A stretch of 64,000 nucleotides of DNA, taken from assembly GCA_964016885.1 (NCBI GenBank), contig OZ024741.1, forward strand, positions 4,340,001 to 4,404,000, in the 5' to 3' direction. Every line of letters starts with the position of its first letter. The first letter of the stretch is position 1. The position numbers were made by a program, and so were the translations under genes. Under the pieces are notes generated by a model, which had not been told where the DNA came from, ran no database searches, and saw nothing but the letters and a program-made list of their open reading frames with translations. Positions 15,908-28,110 of this stretch are shown here, in pieces. The DNA is from Eledone cirrhosa (Eukaryota).

Positions 15908-16273
15908 TATAGCGAGGGTACTGGTTGTATGAATGTAACAAAACGAGACATGGTTTGTGTATATAATATTTAATTAACGGTAGATAGAATACTTGACATG
16001 TCAAAGATAGATGTTAGAATGAAACAAAGTTAGTAGTTACCGTTTTGATTGCCAGGCAAACGCGGCTGGCAGAGGGCGCCTGGCTAAGGCCAGGCGCCTG
16101 TTGGCCAAATTAATGGCAGAGCCAAATGAGAGGCTCTTCGACCTGGTGCCGAAAAGGCAAAGAGAGAAAGGAAGCTTAAAGTTGTTAGTGTTATAGGGCT
16201 CTGACCGGAAGTTGCAGAAAGGGTTCCACTTCCCGTCTAGATCCCAATCAAAACAAGGGAGACAACCGCTACA
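15908..16273 (-). repeat. 3' LTR of non-autonomous element copy 1
   Basis: The minus strand begins TGTAGCG and ends CGCTATA. It matches 17640-18005. Confidence 0.92.
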
Positions 16274-16286
16274 TAACCTCCCGCCA
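16274..16286 (-). promoter_or_regulatory. Polypurine tract
   Basis: Minus-strand TGGCGGGAGGTTA directly precedes the 3' LTR. The same motif is at 63651-63663 in copy 3. Confidence 0.75.
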
Positions 16287-17606
16287 GAATTTTAGTGTAT
16301 AAAAATCGAAATGAAAATATGTAGCAAGTTGGCGAGAATGTTGTAACAGCATGAAAATTACGACAAAAGAATGTTTGGAAAAATCAATGATAGATATCAA
16401 GGTAGCCAACCGCTCTTGGCCAGAGAACGACTGGACATCCATCTATCCATCACCCAAAGATACAATGTAATAAAGTAAAAGTAATAGAAGAGCTCAAAGT
16501 TCAAAATATAGTTCACAGGTGTGCAATCACATGACAGCAGGAAAGAAAGTGTGTTCCAGAGAATGAATGCAGGTGGTTTCTGTTCTGTGGTATATCGTGA
16601 AATTTCCAACCTCCGAATGGATTTTCTCACAGGAAGAGTGCTGCAAAAATAAATTCTCTGGCTTTGGTGAAGCTGTGTTGATGTATTGCTGTTGCTGTTA
16701 TATTGCTGTTGCTGCTGCTGTTGTCTCGCTGAGTGAGCGTATTCGGTGTTTAAATTCACAGTAAAAAAATTTTTTTTTAGAAAAAAAATGAGTTGCGCAA
16801 AGAGCTAGAAATAGCAGCCGAAGTTGATGGTCGATGTTGAGAATGCGTTGACCTGGAAGGGTCAAGAGGCCAGCGACCAGAGAAATAAGCATTCTTAATA
16901 AATGCGCGGTTATCAACGGTAAATTTACATTGTAAATTTATAAACCGGCAAATAGAAGAATATAGCTTAAGGCTGAAGAATCCCTGGTGATAAATGGCGT
17001 GCGGCTGTCTGTGAGTAGAGACATCTCAGTGAATCGAGAATTTATGCTGCCTACACGTGCCAATACAAGGTTGAAAAAAAAATATTTCTAACGCGCGAGA
17101 AAATGATAGTGCAATTTTGAAAGTGACAATGATGAAAAAGAAAGGCTTCAATCAGCATAATTATAGGTGTGAACTTTGGAAAAAAACAAAAAACTTGAAC
17201 GATGAAGAAAACGAAGAACAAAAGGCAATGGTTCATCGAAAATAAATGTTCCTGTTGAAATGTTTTTTAAAGAATATCAAATTTCTTTTTTTTTTTTTTT
17301 GTGTTTTGAAAGAGTTCGTTGTAAGAAACGAGAAACATATATATATATCGTAAAATGTTTTTTTTGTTTTGAAAGTGTTCGTTGTAAGAAACGAGAAACA
17401 TATATATATATATTGGTGAAATGCGACAGTTAATTGATGCGTGAGAGAAAAAGTATGTCTGTGCGAATTCCACATGTGCGTGTGTGCGTGTCCTTGAGTA
17501 TTTTCATAGTTTGTCGCTAAATTTGCTGTGTATTCGTAATGTTACTCACAAAACCAGATGTGCTATTTTATCTTTTTTTGGGGGGGTGACCCTTATAGCG
17601 ATGAAC

Positions 17607-17638
17607 GGCTGCGTGTTCGTATCACGTCAGGGTTACCA
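17607..17638 (-). promoter_or_regulatory. Extended primer-binding site complementary to the 3' part of tRNA-Trp
   Basis: Plus strand GGCTGCGTGTTCGTATCACGTCAGGGTTACCA versus the recalled metazoan tRNA-Trp 3' end GGCTGCGTGTTCGAATCACGTCGGGGTCA+CCA (29/32). It starts 1 nt from the 5' LTR. Confidence 0.85.
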
Positions 17639-17639
17639 A

Positions 17640-18005
17640 TATAGGGAGATTACTGGTTGTATGAATGTAACAAAACGAGACATGGTTTGTGTATATAATA
17701 TTTAATTAACGGTAGATAGAATACTTGACATGTCAAAGATAGATGTTAGAATGAAACAAAGTTAGTAGTTACCGTTTTGATTGCCAGGCAAACGCGGCTG
17801 GCAGAGGGCGCCTGGCTAAGGCCGGGCGCCTGTTGGCCAAATTAATGGCAGAGCCAAATGAGAGGCTCTTCGACCTGGTGCCGAAAAGGCAAAGAGAGAA
17901 AGGAAGCTTAAAGTTGTTAGTTTTATAGGGCTCTGACCGGAAGTTGCAGAAAGGGATCCACTTCCCGTCTAGATCCCAATCAAAACAAGGTAGACAACCG
18001 CTACA
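17640..18005 (-). repeat. 5' LTR of non-autonomous element copy 1
   Basis: Direct repeat of 15908-16273. The minus strand carries ACTTCCGGT followed by CCCTATAAAA (TATA-like). Confidence 0.92.
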
Positions 18006-21000
18006 GGCCTATCAGAGATGGTTACTGTGATGTAGGAACTAGTAACCTACTATAGGAATGTCAGAGATAGTTACTGTGATGTAGGAACTAGTAATCTACT
18101 GTAGGACTATCAGAGATAGTTACTGTGATGTAGGAACTAGTAACCTACTGTTGGACTATCAGAGATAGTTGCTGTGATGCAGGAACTAGTGACCTACTGT
18201 AGGACTATCAGAGATAGTTTCTGTGATGTTGGAACTAGTAACCTACTGTTGGACTGTCAGAGATAGTTACTGTGATGTAGGAACTAGTAACCTACTGTAG
18301 GACAATCAGTGATAATTACTGTGATGTAGGAACTAGTAACCTACTGTAGGACTATCAGAGATAGTTACTGTGATGTACGAACTAGTAACCTCCTGTAGGA
18401 CTATCAGAGATAGTTACTGTGATGTAAGAACTAGTAACCTACTGTAGGACTATCAGAGATAGTTACTGTGATGTAGGAACTAGTAACCTACTGTTGGACT
18501 ATCAGAGATAGTTACTGTGATGTAGGAACTAGTAACCTACTGTTGGACTATCAGAGATAGTTACTGTGATGTTGGAACTAGTAACCTACTGTAGGACTAT
18601 CAGAGATAGTTACTGTGATCTGAGAACTAGTAACCTACTGTAGGACTATCAGAGATAGTTGGTGTGATGTAGGAACTAACAACCTACTGTTGGACTCTCA
18701 GAGATAGTTGGTGTGATGTAGGAACTAGTAACCTACTGTAGGACTATCAGAGATAGTTGGTGTGATGTAGGAACTAGTAACCTACTGTAGGACTATCAGA
18801 GATAGCTGGTGTGATGTAGGAACTAGTAACCTACTGTAGGACTATCAGAGATAGTTGGTGTGATGTAGGAACTAGTAACCTACTGTTGGACTATCAGAGA
18901 TAGTTACTGTGATGTAGGAACTAGTAAACTACTGTTGGACTATCAGAGATAGTTGGTGTGATGTAGGAACTAGTAACCTACTGTAGGACTATCAGAGATA
19001 GTTGGTGTGATGTAGGAACTAGTAACCTACTGTTGGACTATCAGAGATAGATGGTGTGATGTAGTAACTAGTAACCTACTGTTGGACTATCAGAGATAGT
19101 TGGTATGATGTAGGAACTAGTAACCTACTGTAGGACTATCAGAGATAGTTGGTGTGATGTAGGAACTAGTAACCTACTGTAGGCCTATCAGAGTTAGTTA
19201 CTGTGATGTAGAAACTAGTAACCTACTGTAGGACTATCAGAGATAGTTACTGTGATGTAGGAACTAGTAACCTACTGTTGGACTATCAGAGATAATTACT
19301 GTGATGTAGGAACTAGTAACCTACTGTTGGACTATCAGAGATAGTTACTGTGATGTAGGAACTAGTAACCTACTGTAGGACTATCAGAGATAGTTACTGT
19401 GATGTAAGAACTAGTAACCTACTGTAGGACTATCAGAGATAGTTACTGTGATGTAGGAACTAGTAACCTACTGTAGGACTATCAGAGATAGTTGGTGTGA
19501 TGTAGGAACTAATAACCTACTGTTGGACAATCAGAGATAGTTACTGTGATGTAGGAACTAGTAACCTAATATAGGACTATCAGAGATAGTTACTGTGATG
19601 TAGGAACTAGTAACCTAATGTAGGACTATCAGAGATAGTTACTGTGATGTAGGAACTAGTAAACTACTGTTGGACTATCAGAGATAGTTGGTGTGACGTA
19701 GGAACTAGTAACCTACTGTAGGCCTATCAGAGTTAGTTACTGTGATGTAGGAACTAGTAACCTACTGTTGGACTATCAGAGATAGTTGGTGTGATGTAGG
19801 AACTAGTAACCTACTGTAGGACTGTCAGAGATAGTTGGTGTGATGTAGGAACTAGTAACCTACTGTAGGACTATCAGAGATAGTTGGTGTGATGTAGGAA
19901 CTAGTAACCTACTGTAGGACTATCAGAGATAGTTACTGTGATGTAGGAACTAGTAACCTACTGTAGGACTATCAGAGATAGTTGGTGTGATGTAGGAACT
20001 AGTAACCTACTGTAGGACTGTCAGAGATAGTTGGTGTGATGTAGGAACTAGTAACCTACTGTAGGACTATCAGAGATAGTTACTGTGATGTAGGAATTAG
20101 TAACCTACTGTAGGACTATCAGAGATAGTTGGTGTGATGTAGGAACTAGTAACCTACTGTCGGACTATCAGAGATAGTTACTGTGATGTAGGAACTAATA
20201 ACCTACTGTTGGACTATCAGAGTTAGTTACTGTGATGTAGGAACTAGTAACCTACGTTGGACTATCAGAGATAGTTACTGTGATGTAAGAACTAGTAACC
20301 TACTGTAGGACTATCAGAGATAGTTACTGTGATGTAGTAACTAGTAACCTACTGTTGGACTATCAGAGATAGTTGGTGTGATGTAGGAACTAGTAACCTA
20401 CTGTAGGACTATCAGAGATAGTTGGTGTGATGTAGGAACTAGTAACCTACTGTAGGACTATCAGAGTTAGTTACTGTGATGTAGGAACTAATAACCTACT
20501 GTAGGACTATCAGAGATAGTTACTGTGATGTAGGAACTAGTAACCTACTGTTGGACTATCAGAGATAGTTACTGTGATGTAGGAACTAGTAACCTACTGT
20601 TGGACTATCACTGATAGTTGGTGTGTTGTAGGAACTAGTAACCTACTGTAGGACTATTAGAGATAGTTGGAGTGATGTAGGAACTAGTAACCTACCGTAG
20701 GACTATCACAGATAGTTACTGTGATGTAGGAACTAATAACCTACTGTAGGACTATCAGAGATAGTTACTGTGATGTAGTAACTAGTAACCTACTGTTGGA
20801 CTATCACAGATAGTTACTGTGATGTAGGAACTAGTAACCTACTGTAGGACTATCAGAGATAGTTGGTGTGATGTAGGAACTAGTAACCTACTGTAGGACT
20901 ATCAGAGATAGTTACTGTGATGTAGGAACTAATAACCTACTGTAGGACTATCAGAGATAGTTGGTGTGATGTAGTAACTAGTAACCTACTGTAGGACTAT

Positions 21001-24000
21001 CAGAGATAGTTACTGTGATGTAGTAACTAATAACCTACTGTAGGACTATCAGAGATAGTTACTGTGATGTAGGAACTAGTAACCTACTGTAGGACTATCA
21101 GATATAGTTACTGTGATGTAGTAACTAATAACCTACTGTAGGACTATCAGAGATAGTTACTGTGATGTAGGAACTAGTAACCTACTGTAGGACTATCAGA
21201 GATAGTTGGTGTGATGTAGGAACTAGTAACCTACTGTAGGACTGTCAGAGATAGTTGGTGTGATGTAGGAACTAGTAACCTACTGTAGGACTATCAGAGA
21301 TAGTTACTGTGATGTAGGAATTAGTAACCTACTGTAGGACTATCAGAGATAGTTGGTGTGATGTAGGAACTAGTAACCTACTGTAGGACTATCAGAGATA
21401 GTTGGTGTGATGTTGGAACTAGTAACCTACTGTAGGACTATCAGAGATAGTTACTGTGATGTAGGAACTAGTAACCTACTGTTGGACTATCAGAGATAGT
21501 TACTGTGATGTAGGAACTGGTAACCTACTGTTGGACTATCAGAGATAGTTGGTGTGATGTAGGAACTAGTAACCTACTGTAGGACTATCAGAGATAGTTG
21601 GTGTGATGTAGGAACTAATAACCTACTGTTGGACAATCAGAGATAGTTGGTGTGATGTAGGAACTAGTAACCTACTGTTGGACAATCAGAGATAGTTACT
21701 GTGATGTAGGAACTAGTAAACTACTGTTGGACTATCAGAGATAGTTACCGTGATGTAGGAACTAGTGACCTACTGTAGGACTATCAGAGATAGTTGGTGT
21801 GATGTAGGAACTAGTAACCTACTGTAGGACTATCAGAGATAGTTACTGTGATGTAGGAACTAATAACCTACTGTAGGACTATCAGAGATTGTTGGTGTGA
21901 TGTAGTAACTAGTAACCTACTGTAGGACTATCAGAGATAGTTACTGTGATGTAGTAACTAATAACCTACTGTAGGACTATCAGAGATAGTTACTGTGATG
22001 TAGGAACTAGTAACCTACTGTAGGACTATCAGATATAGTTACTGTGATGTAGTAACTAATAACCTACTGTAGGACTATCAGAGATAGTTACTGTGATGTA
22101 GGAACTAGTAACCTACTGTAGGACTATCAGAGATAGTTACTGTGATGTAGGAACTAGTAACCTACTGTAGGACTATCAGAGATAGTTGGTGTGATGTAGG
22201 AACTAGTAACCTACTGTAGGACTATCAGAGATAGTTACTGTGATGTAGGAACTAGTAACCAAATGTAGGACTATCAGAGATAGTTACTGTGATGTAGGAA
22301 CTAGTAACCTACTGTAGGACTATCAGAGATAGTTACTGTGATGTAGGAACTAGTAACCTACTGTAGGATTATCAGAGATAGTTACTGTGATGTAGGAACT
22401 AGTAACCTACTGTTGGACTATCACAGATAGTTACTGTGATGTAGGAACTAGTAACCTACTGTAGGACTACCAGAGATAGTTGGTGTGATGTAGGAACTAG
22501 TAACCTACTGTAGGACTATCAGAGATAGTTACTGTGATGTAGTAACTAATAACCTACTATAGGACTATCAGAGATAGTTACTGTGATGTAGGAACTAGTA
22601 ACCTACTATAGGACTATCAGAGATAGTTGGTGTGATGTAGGAACTAGTAACCTACTGTAGGACTATCAGAGTCAGTTACTGTGATGTAGGAACTAATAAC
22701 CTACTGTAGGACTATCAGAGATAGTTACTGTGATGTAGGAACTAGTAACCTACTGTTGGACTATCAGAGATAGTTACTGTGATGTAGGACCTAGTAACCT
22801 ACTGTTGGACTATCACTGATAGTTACTGTGATGTAGTAACTAGTAACCTACTGTAGGACTATCAGAGATAGTTACTGTGATGTAGTAACTAGTAACCTAC
22901 TGTAGGACTATCAGAGATAGTTACTGTGATGTAGTAACTAGTAACCTACTGTTGGACTATCACAGATAGTTACTGTGATGTAGGAACTAGTAACCTACTG
23001 TAGGACTATCAGAGATAGTTGGTGTGATGTAGGAACTAGTAACCTACTGTAGGACTATCAGAGATAGTTACTGTGATGTAGGAACTAATAACCTACTGTA
23101 GGACTATCAGAGATTGTTGGTGTGATGTAGTAACTAGTAACCTACTGTAGGACTATCAGAGATAGTTACTGTGATGTAGTAACTAATAACCTACTGTAGG
23201 ACTATCAGAGATAGTTACTGTGATGTAGGAACTAGTAACCTACTGTAGGACTATCAGATATAGTTACTGTGATGTAGTAACTAATAACCTACTGTAGGAC
23301 TATCAGAGATAGTTACTGTGATGTAGGAACTAGTAACCTACTGTAGGGCTATCAGAGATAGTTACTGTGATGTAGGAACTAGTACCCTACTGTAGGACTA
23401 TCAGAGATAGTTACTGTGATGTAGGAACTAGTAACCTACTGTAGGACTATCAGAGATAGTTACTGTGATGTAGGAACTAGTAACCTACTGTAGGACTATC
23501 AGAGATAGTTACTGTGATGTAGGAACTAGTAACCTACTGTAGGACTATCAGAGATAGTTACTGTGATGTAGGAACTAATAACCTACTGTAGGACTATCAG
23601 AGATAGTTGGTGTGATGTAGTAACTAGTAACCTACTGTAAGACTATCAGAGATAGTTACTGTGATGTAGTAACTAATAACCTACTGTAGGACTATCACAG
23701 ATAGTTACTGTGATGTAGTAACTAGTAACCTACTGTAGGACTATCAGAGATAGTTACTGTGATGTAGTAACTAGTAACCTACTGTAGGACTATCAGAGAT
23801 AGTTACTGTGATGTAGGAACTAATAACCTACTGTAGGTCTATCACAGATAGTTACTGTGATGTAGGAACTAGTAACCTACTGTAGGACTATCACAGATAG
23901 TTACTGTGATGTAGGAACTAGTAACCTACTGTAGGACTATCAGAGATAGTTACTGTGATGTAGGAACTAATAACCTACTGTAGGACTATCAGAGATAGTT

Positions 24001-27000
24001 GGTGTGATGTAGTAACTAGTAACCTACTGTAAGACTATCAGAGATAGTTACTGTGATGTAGTAACTAATAACCTACTGTTGGACTATCAGAGATAGTTGG
24101 TGTGATGTAGGAACTAGTAACCTAATGTAGGACTATCAGAGATAGTTGGTGTGATGTAGGAACTAGTAACCTACTGTAGGACTATCACAGATAGTTACTG
24201 TGATGTAGTAACTAGTAACCTACTGTAGGACTATCAGAGATAGTTACTGTGATGTAGTAACTAGTAACCTACTGTAGGACTATCAGAGATAGTTACTGTG
24301 ATGTAGGAACTAATAACCTACTGTAGGTCTATCACAGATAGTTACTGTGATGTAGGAACTAGTAACCTACTGTAGGACTATCACAGATAGTTACTGTGAT
24401 GTAGGAACTAGTAACCTACTGTAGGACTATCAGAGATAGTTACTGTGATGTAGGAACTAATAACCTACTGTAGGACTATCAGAGATAGTTGGTGTGATGT
24501 AGTAACTAGTAACCTACTGTAAGACTATCAGAGATAGTTACTGTGATGTAGTAACTAATAACCTACTGTTGGACTATCAGAGATAGTTGGTGTGATGTAG
24601 GAACTAGTAACCTAATGTAGGACTATCAGAGATAGTTGGTGTGATGTAGGAACTAGTAACCTACTGTAGGACTATCACAGATAGTTACTGTGATGTAGTA
24701 ACTAGTAACCTACTGTAGGACTATCAGAGATAGTTACTGTGATGTAGTAACTAGTAACCTACTGTAGGACTATCAGAGATAGTTACTGTGATGTAGGAAC
24801 TAATAACCTACTGTAGGTCTATCACAGATAGTTACTGTGATGTAGGAACTAGTAACCTACTGTAGGACTATCACAGATAGTTACTGTGATGTAGGAACTA
24901 GTAACCTACTGTAGGACTATCAGAGATAGTTACTGTGATGTAGGAACTAGTAACCTACGTTGGACTTTCAGAGATAGTTACTGTGATGTAAGAACTAGTA
25001 ACCTACTGTAGGACTATCAGAGATAGTTACTGTGATGTAGGAACTAGTAACCTACTGTTGGACTATCAGAGATAGTTGGTGTGATGTAGGAACTAGTAAC
25101 CTAATGTAGGACTATCAGAGATAGTTGGTGTGATGTAGGAACTAGTAACCTACTGTAGGACTATCAGAGTTAGTTACTGTGATGTAGGAACTAATAACCT
25201 ACTGTAGGACTATCAGAGATAGTTACTGTGATGTAGGAACTAGTAACCTACTGTTGGACTATCAGAGATAGTTACTGTGATGTAGGAACTAGTAACCTAC
25301 TGTAGGACTATCACTGATAGTTGGTGTGTTGTAGGAACTAGTAACCTACTGTAGGACTATTAGAGATAGTTGGAGTGATGTAGGAACTAGTAACCTACCG
25401 TAGGACTATCACAGATAGTTACTGTGATGTAGGAACTAATAACCTACTGTAGGACTATCAGAGATAGTTACTGTGATGTAGTAACTAGTAACCTACTGTT
25501 GGACTATCACAGATAGTTACTGTGATGTAGGAACTAGTAACCTACTGTAGGACTATCAGAGATAGTTGGTGTGATGTAGGAACTAGTAACCTACTGTAGG
25601 ACTATCAGAGATAGTTACTGTGATGTAGGAACTAATAACCTACTGTAGGACTATCAGAGATAGTTGGTGTGATGTAGTAACTAGTAACCTACTGTAGGAC
25701 TATCAGAGATAGTTACTGTGATGTAGGAACTAGTAACCTACTGTAGGACTATCAGAGATAGTTACTGTGATGTAGGAACTAGTAACCTACTGTAGGACTA
25801 TCAGAGATAGTTACTGTGATGTAGGAACTAGTAACCTACTGTAGGACTATCAGAGATAGTTACTGTGATGTAGGAACTAATATCCTACTGTAGGACAATC
25901 AGAGATAGTTACTGTGATGTAGTAACTAGTAACGTACTGTTGGACTATCACAGATAGTTACTATGAAGTAGGAACTAGTAACCTACTGTAGGACAATCAG
26001 AGATAGTTGGTGTGATGTAGGAACTAGTAACCTACTGTAGGACTATCAGAGATAGTTACTGTGATGTAGTAACTAATAACCTACTGTAGGACTATCAGAG
26101 ATAGTTACTGTGATGTAGGAACTAGTAACCTACTGTAGGACTATCAGAGATAGTTACTGTGATGTAGGAACTAATAACCTACTGTAGGACTATCAGAGAT
26201 AGTTGGTGTGATGTAGTAACTAGTAACCTACTGTAAGACTATCAGAGATAGTTACTGTGATGTAGTAACTAATAACCTACTGTAGGACTATCACAGATAG
26301 TTACTGTGATGTAGTAACTAGTAACCTACTGTAGGACTATCAGAGATAGTTACTGAGATGTAGTAACTAGTAACCTACTGTAGGACTATCAGAGATAGTT
26401 ACTGTGATGTAGGAACTAATAACCTACTGTAGGTCTATCACAGATAGTTACTGTGATGTAGGAACTAGTAACCTACTGTAGGACTATTACAGATAGTTAC
26501 TGTGATGTAGGAACTAGTAACCTACTGTAGGACTATCAGAGATAGTTACTGTGATGTAGGAACTAATAACCTACTGTAGGACTATCAGAGATAGTTAGTG
26601 TGATGTAGTAACTAGTAACCTACTGTAAGACTATCAGAGATAGTTACTGTGATGTAGTAACTAATAACCTACTGTAGGACTATCACAGATAGTTACTGTG
26701 ATGTAGTAACTAGTAACCTACTGTAGGACTATCAGAGATAGTTACTGTGATGTAGGAACTAGTAACCTACGTTGGACTTTCAGAGATAGTTACTGTGATG
26801 TAAGAACTAGTAACCTACTGTAGGACTATCAGAGATAGTTACTGTGATGTAGGAACTAGTAACCTACTGTTGGACTATCAGAGATAGTTGGTGTGATGTA
26901 GGAACTAGTAACCTAATGTAGGACTATCAGAGATTGTTGGTGTGATGTAGGAACTAGTAACCTACTGTAGGACTATCAGAGTTAGTTACTGTGATGTAGG

Positions 27001-27758
27001 AACTAATAACCTACTGTAGGACTATCAGAGATAGTTACTGTGATGTAGGAACTAGTAACCTACTGTTGGACTATCAGAGATAGTTACTGTGATGTAGGAA
27101 CTAGTAACCTACTGTTGGACTATCACTGATAGTTGGTGTGTTGTAGGAACTAGTAACCTACTGTAGGACTATTAGAGATAGTTGGAGTGATGTAGGAACT
27201 AGTAACCTACCGTAGGACTATCACAGATAGTTACTGTGATGTAGGAACTAATAACCTACTGTAGGACTATCAGAGATAGTTACTTTGATGTAGTAACTAG
27301 TAACCTACTGTTGGACTATCACAGATAGTTACTGTGATGTAGGAACTAGTAACCTACTGTAGGACTATCAGAGATAGTTGGTGTGATGTAGGAACTAGTA
27401 ACCTACTGTAGGACTATCAGAGATAGTTACTGTGATGTAGGAACTAGTAACCTACTGTAGGACTATCACAGATAGTTACTGTGATGTAGGAACTAGTAAC
27501 CTACTGTAGGACTATCACAGATAGTTACTGTGATGTAGGAACTAGTAACCTACTGTAGGACTATCAGAGATAGTTGGTGTGATGTAGGAACTAGTAACCT
27601 ACTGTAGGACTATCAGAGATAGTTACTGTGATGTAGTAACTAGTAACCTACTCTAGGACTATCAGAGATAGTTACTGTGATGTAGGAACTAGTAACCTAC
27701 TGTAGGTCTATCACAGATAGTTACTGCGATGTAGGAACTAGTAACCTACTTTAGGATT
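18006..27758. repeat. 49-bp satellite, block 2
   Basis: Same monomer, resuming in register. Enriched in GTAGTAACTAATAA and ATCACAGAT variants, with local 392- and 490-bp higher-order units. Confidence 0.98.
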
Positions 27759-28044
27759 TGTGGGTATGGTGTGGCGTGCGGTGGCCGGGGGGGGGGGGGG
27801 GGGGGGGTTGCTCAACCGGAAGGGGTTTTTGAGTGCTCGACCGGAAGGGTCTTTGACCGGAAGCATGCTCGACCGGAAGGGCCAGGAGTGGGCCTCTCTC
27901 TAGTGGTGACCAGCATACGGTGAGGACGCGTTTTGGGCAGCTCCCGGTGTTAAGCAGTCGGACGCACGTGGAAGAGGAGTACCTGCAGTCGAATTTAGCG
28001 GCGCCTGTGAAAAGCTGTAAGTGAGATGGCTTTTTCTAACCACA
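27759..28044 (+). repeat. 5' LTR of Gypsy-like element (286 bp)
   Basis: Direct repeat of 31711-31972 with one extra ACCGGAAG unit and a poly-G run. Confidence 0.93.
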
Positions 28045-28110
28045 AGCTATCTCGGCGACTGAAAAAAAAAAAAAAATAAATAAACCACTTGCCGCAAAAC
28101 AAATCAGAAG

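Larger units (their letters stand above)
15908..18005 (-). mobile_element. Non-autonomous LTR retroelement (TRIM/LARD-like), copy 1
   Basis: 366-bp direct repeats at 15908-16273 and 17640-18005 (about 7 differences by eye). GGCC is duplicated at 15904-15907 and 18006-18009. A tRNA-Trp-like PBS and a PPT lie on the minus strand. The ~1.37-kb interior has no retroviral ORF. Confidence 0.93.

Noticed and set aside
17607-17638. tRNA-Trp gene
   Set aside because: Only the 3' 32 nt are present, with encoded CCA and no D arm or anticodon arm. It sits at the PBS position.
16397-17705. Short ORFs inside the non-coding LTR element (also at 52575-54544 and 62285-63700)
   Set aside because: Frames and lengths are not conserved among the three copies, the sequence is low-complexity, and there are no recognisable motifs.
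15903-18012. Apparent 8-bp TSD AGGCCTAT suggesting a hAT transposon
   Set aside because: TAT and the terminal A belong to the LTR ends in the other LTR copies. The true duplication is GGCC, consistent with the 4-bp AATG of copy 2.
28045-28053. Gypsy primer site AGCTATCTC is nearly complementary to satellite GAGATAGTT, suggesting priming by satellite RNA
   Set aside because: The match is only 9 nt with a wobble. The LTR-internal and tRNA-like matches are longer, and chance cannot be excluded.
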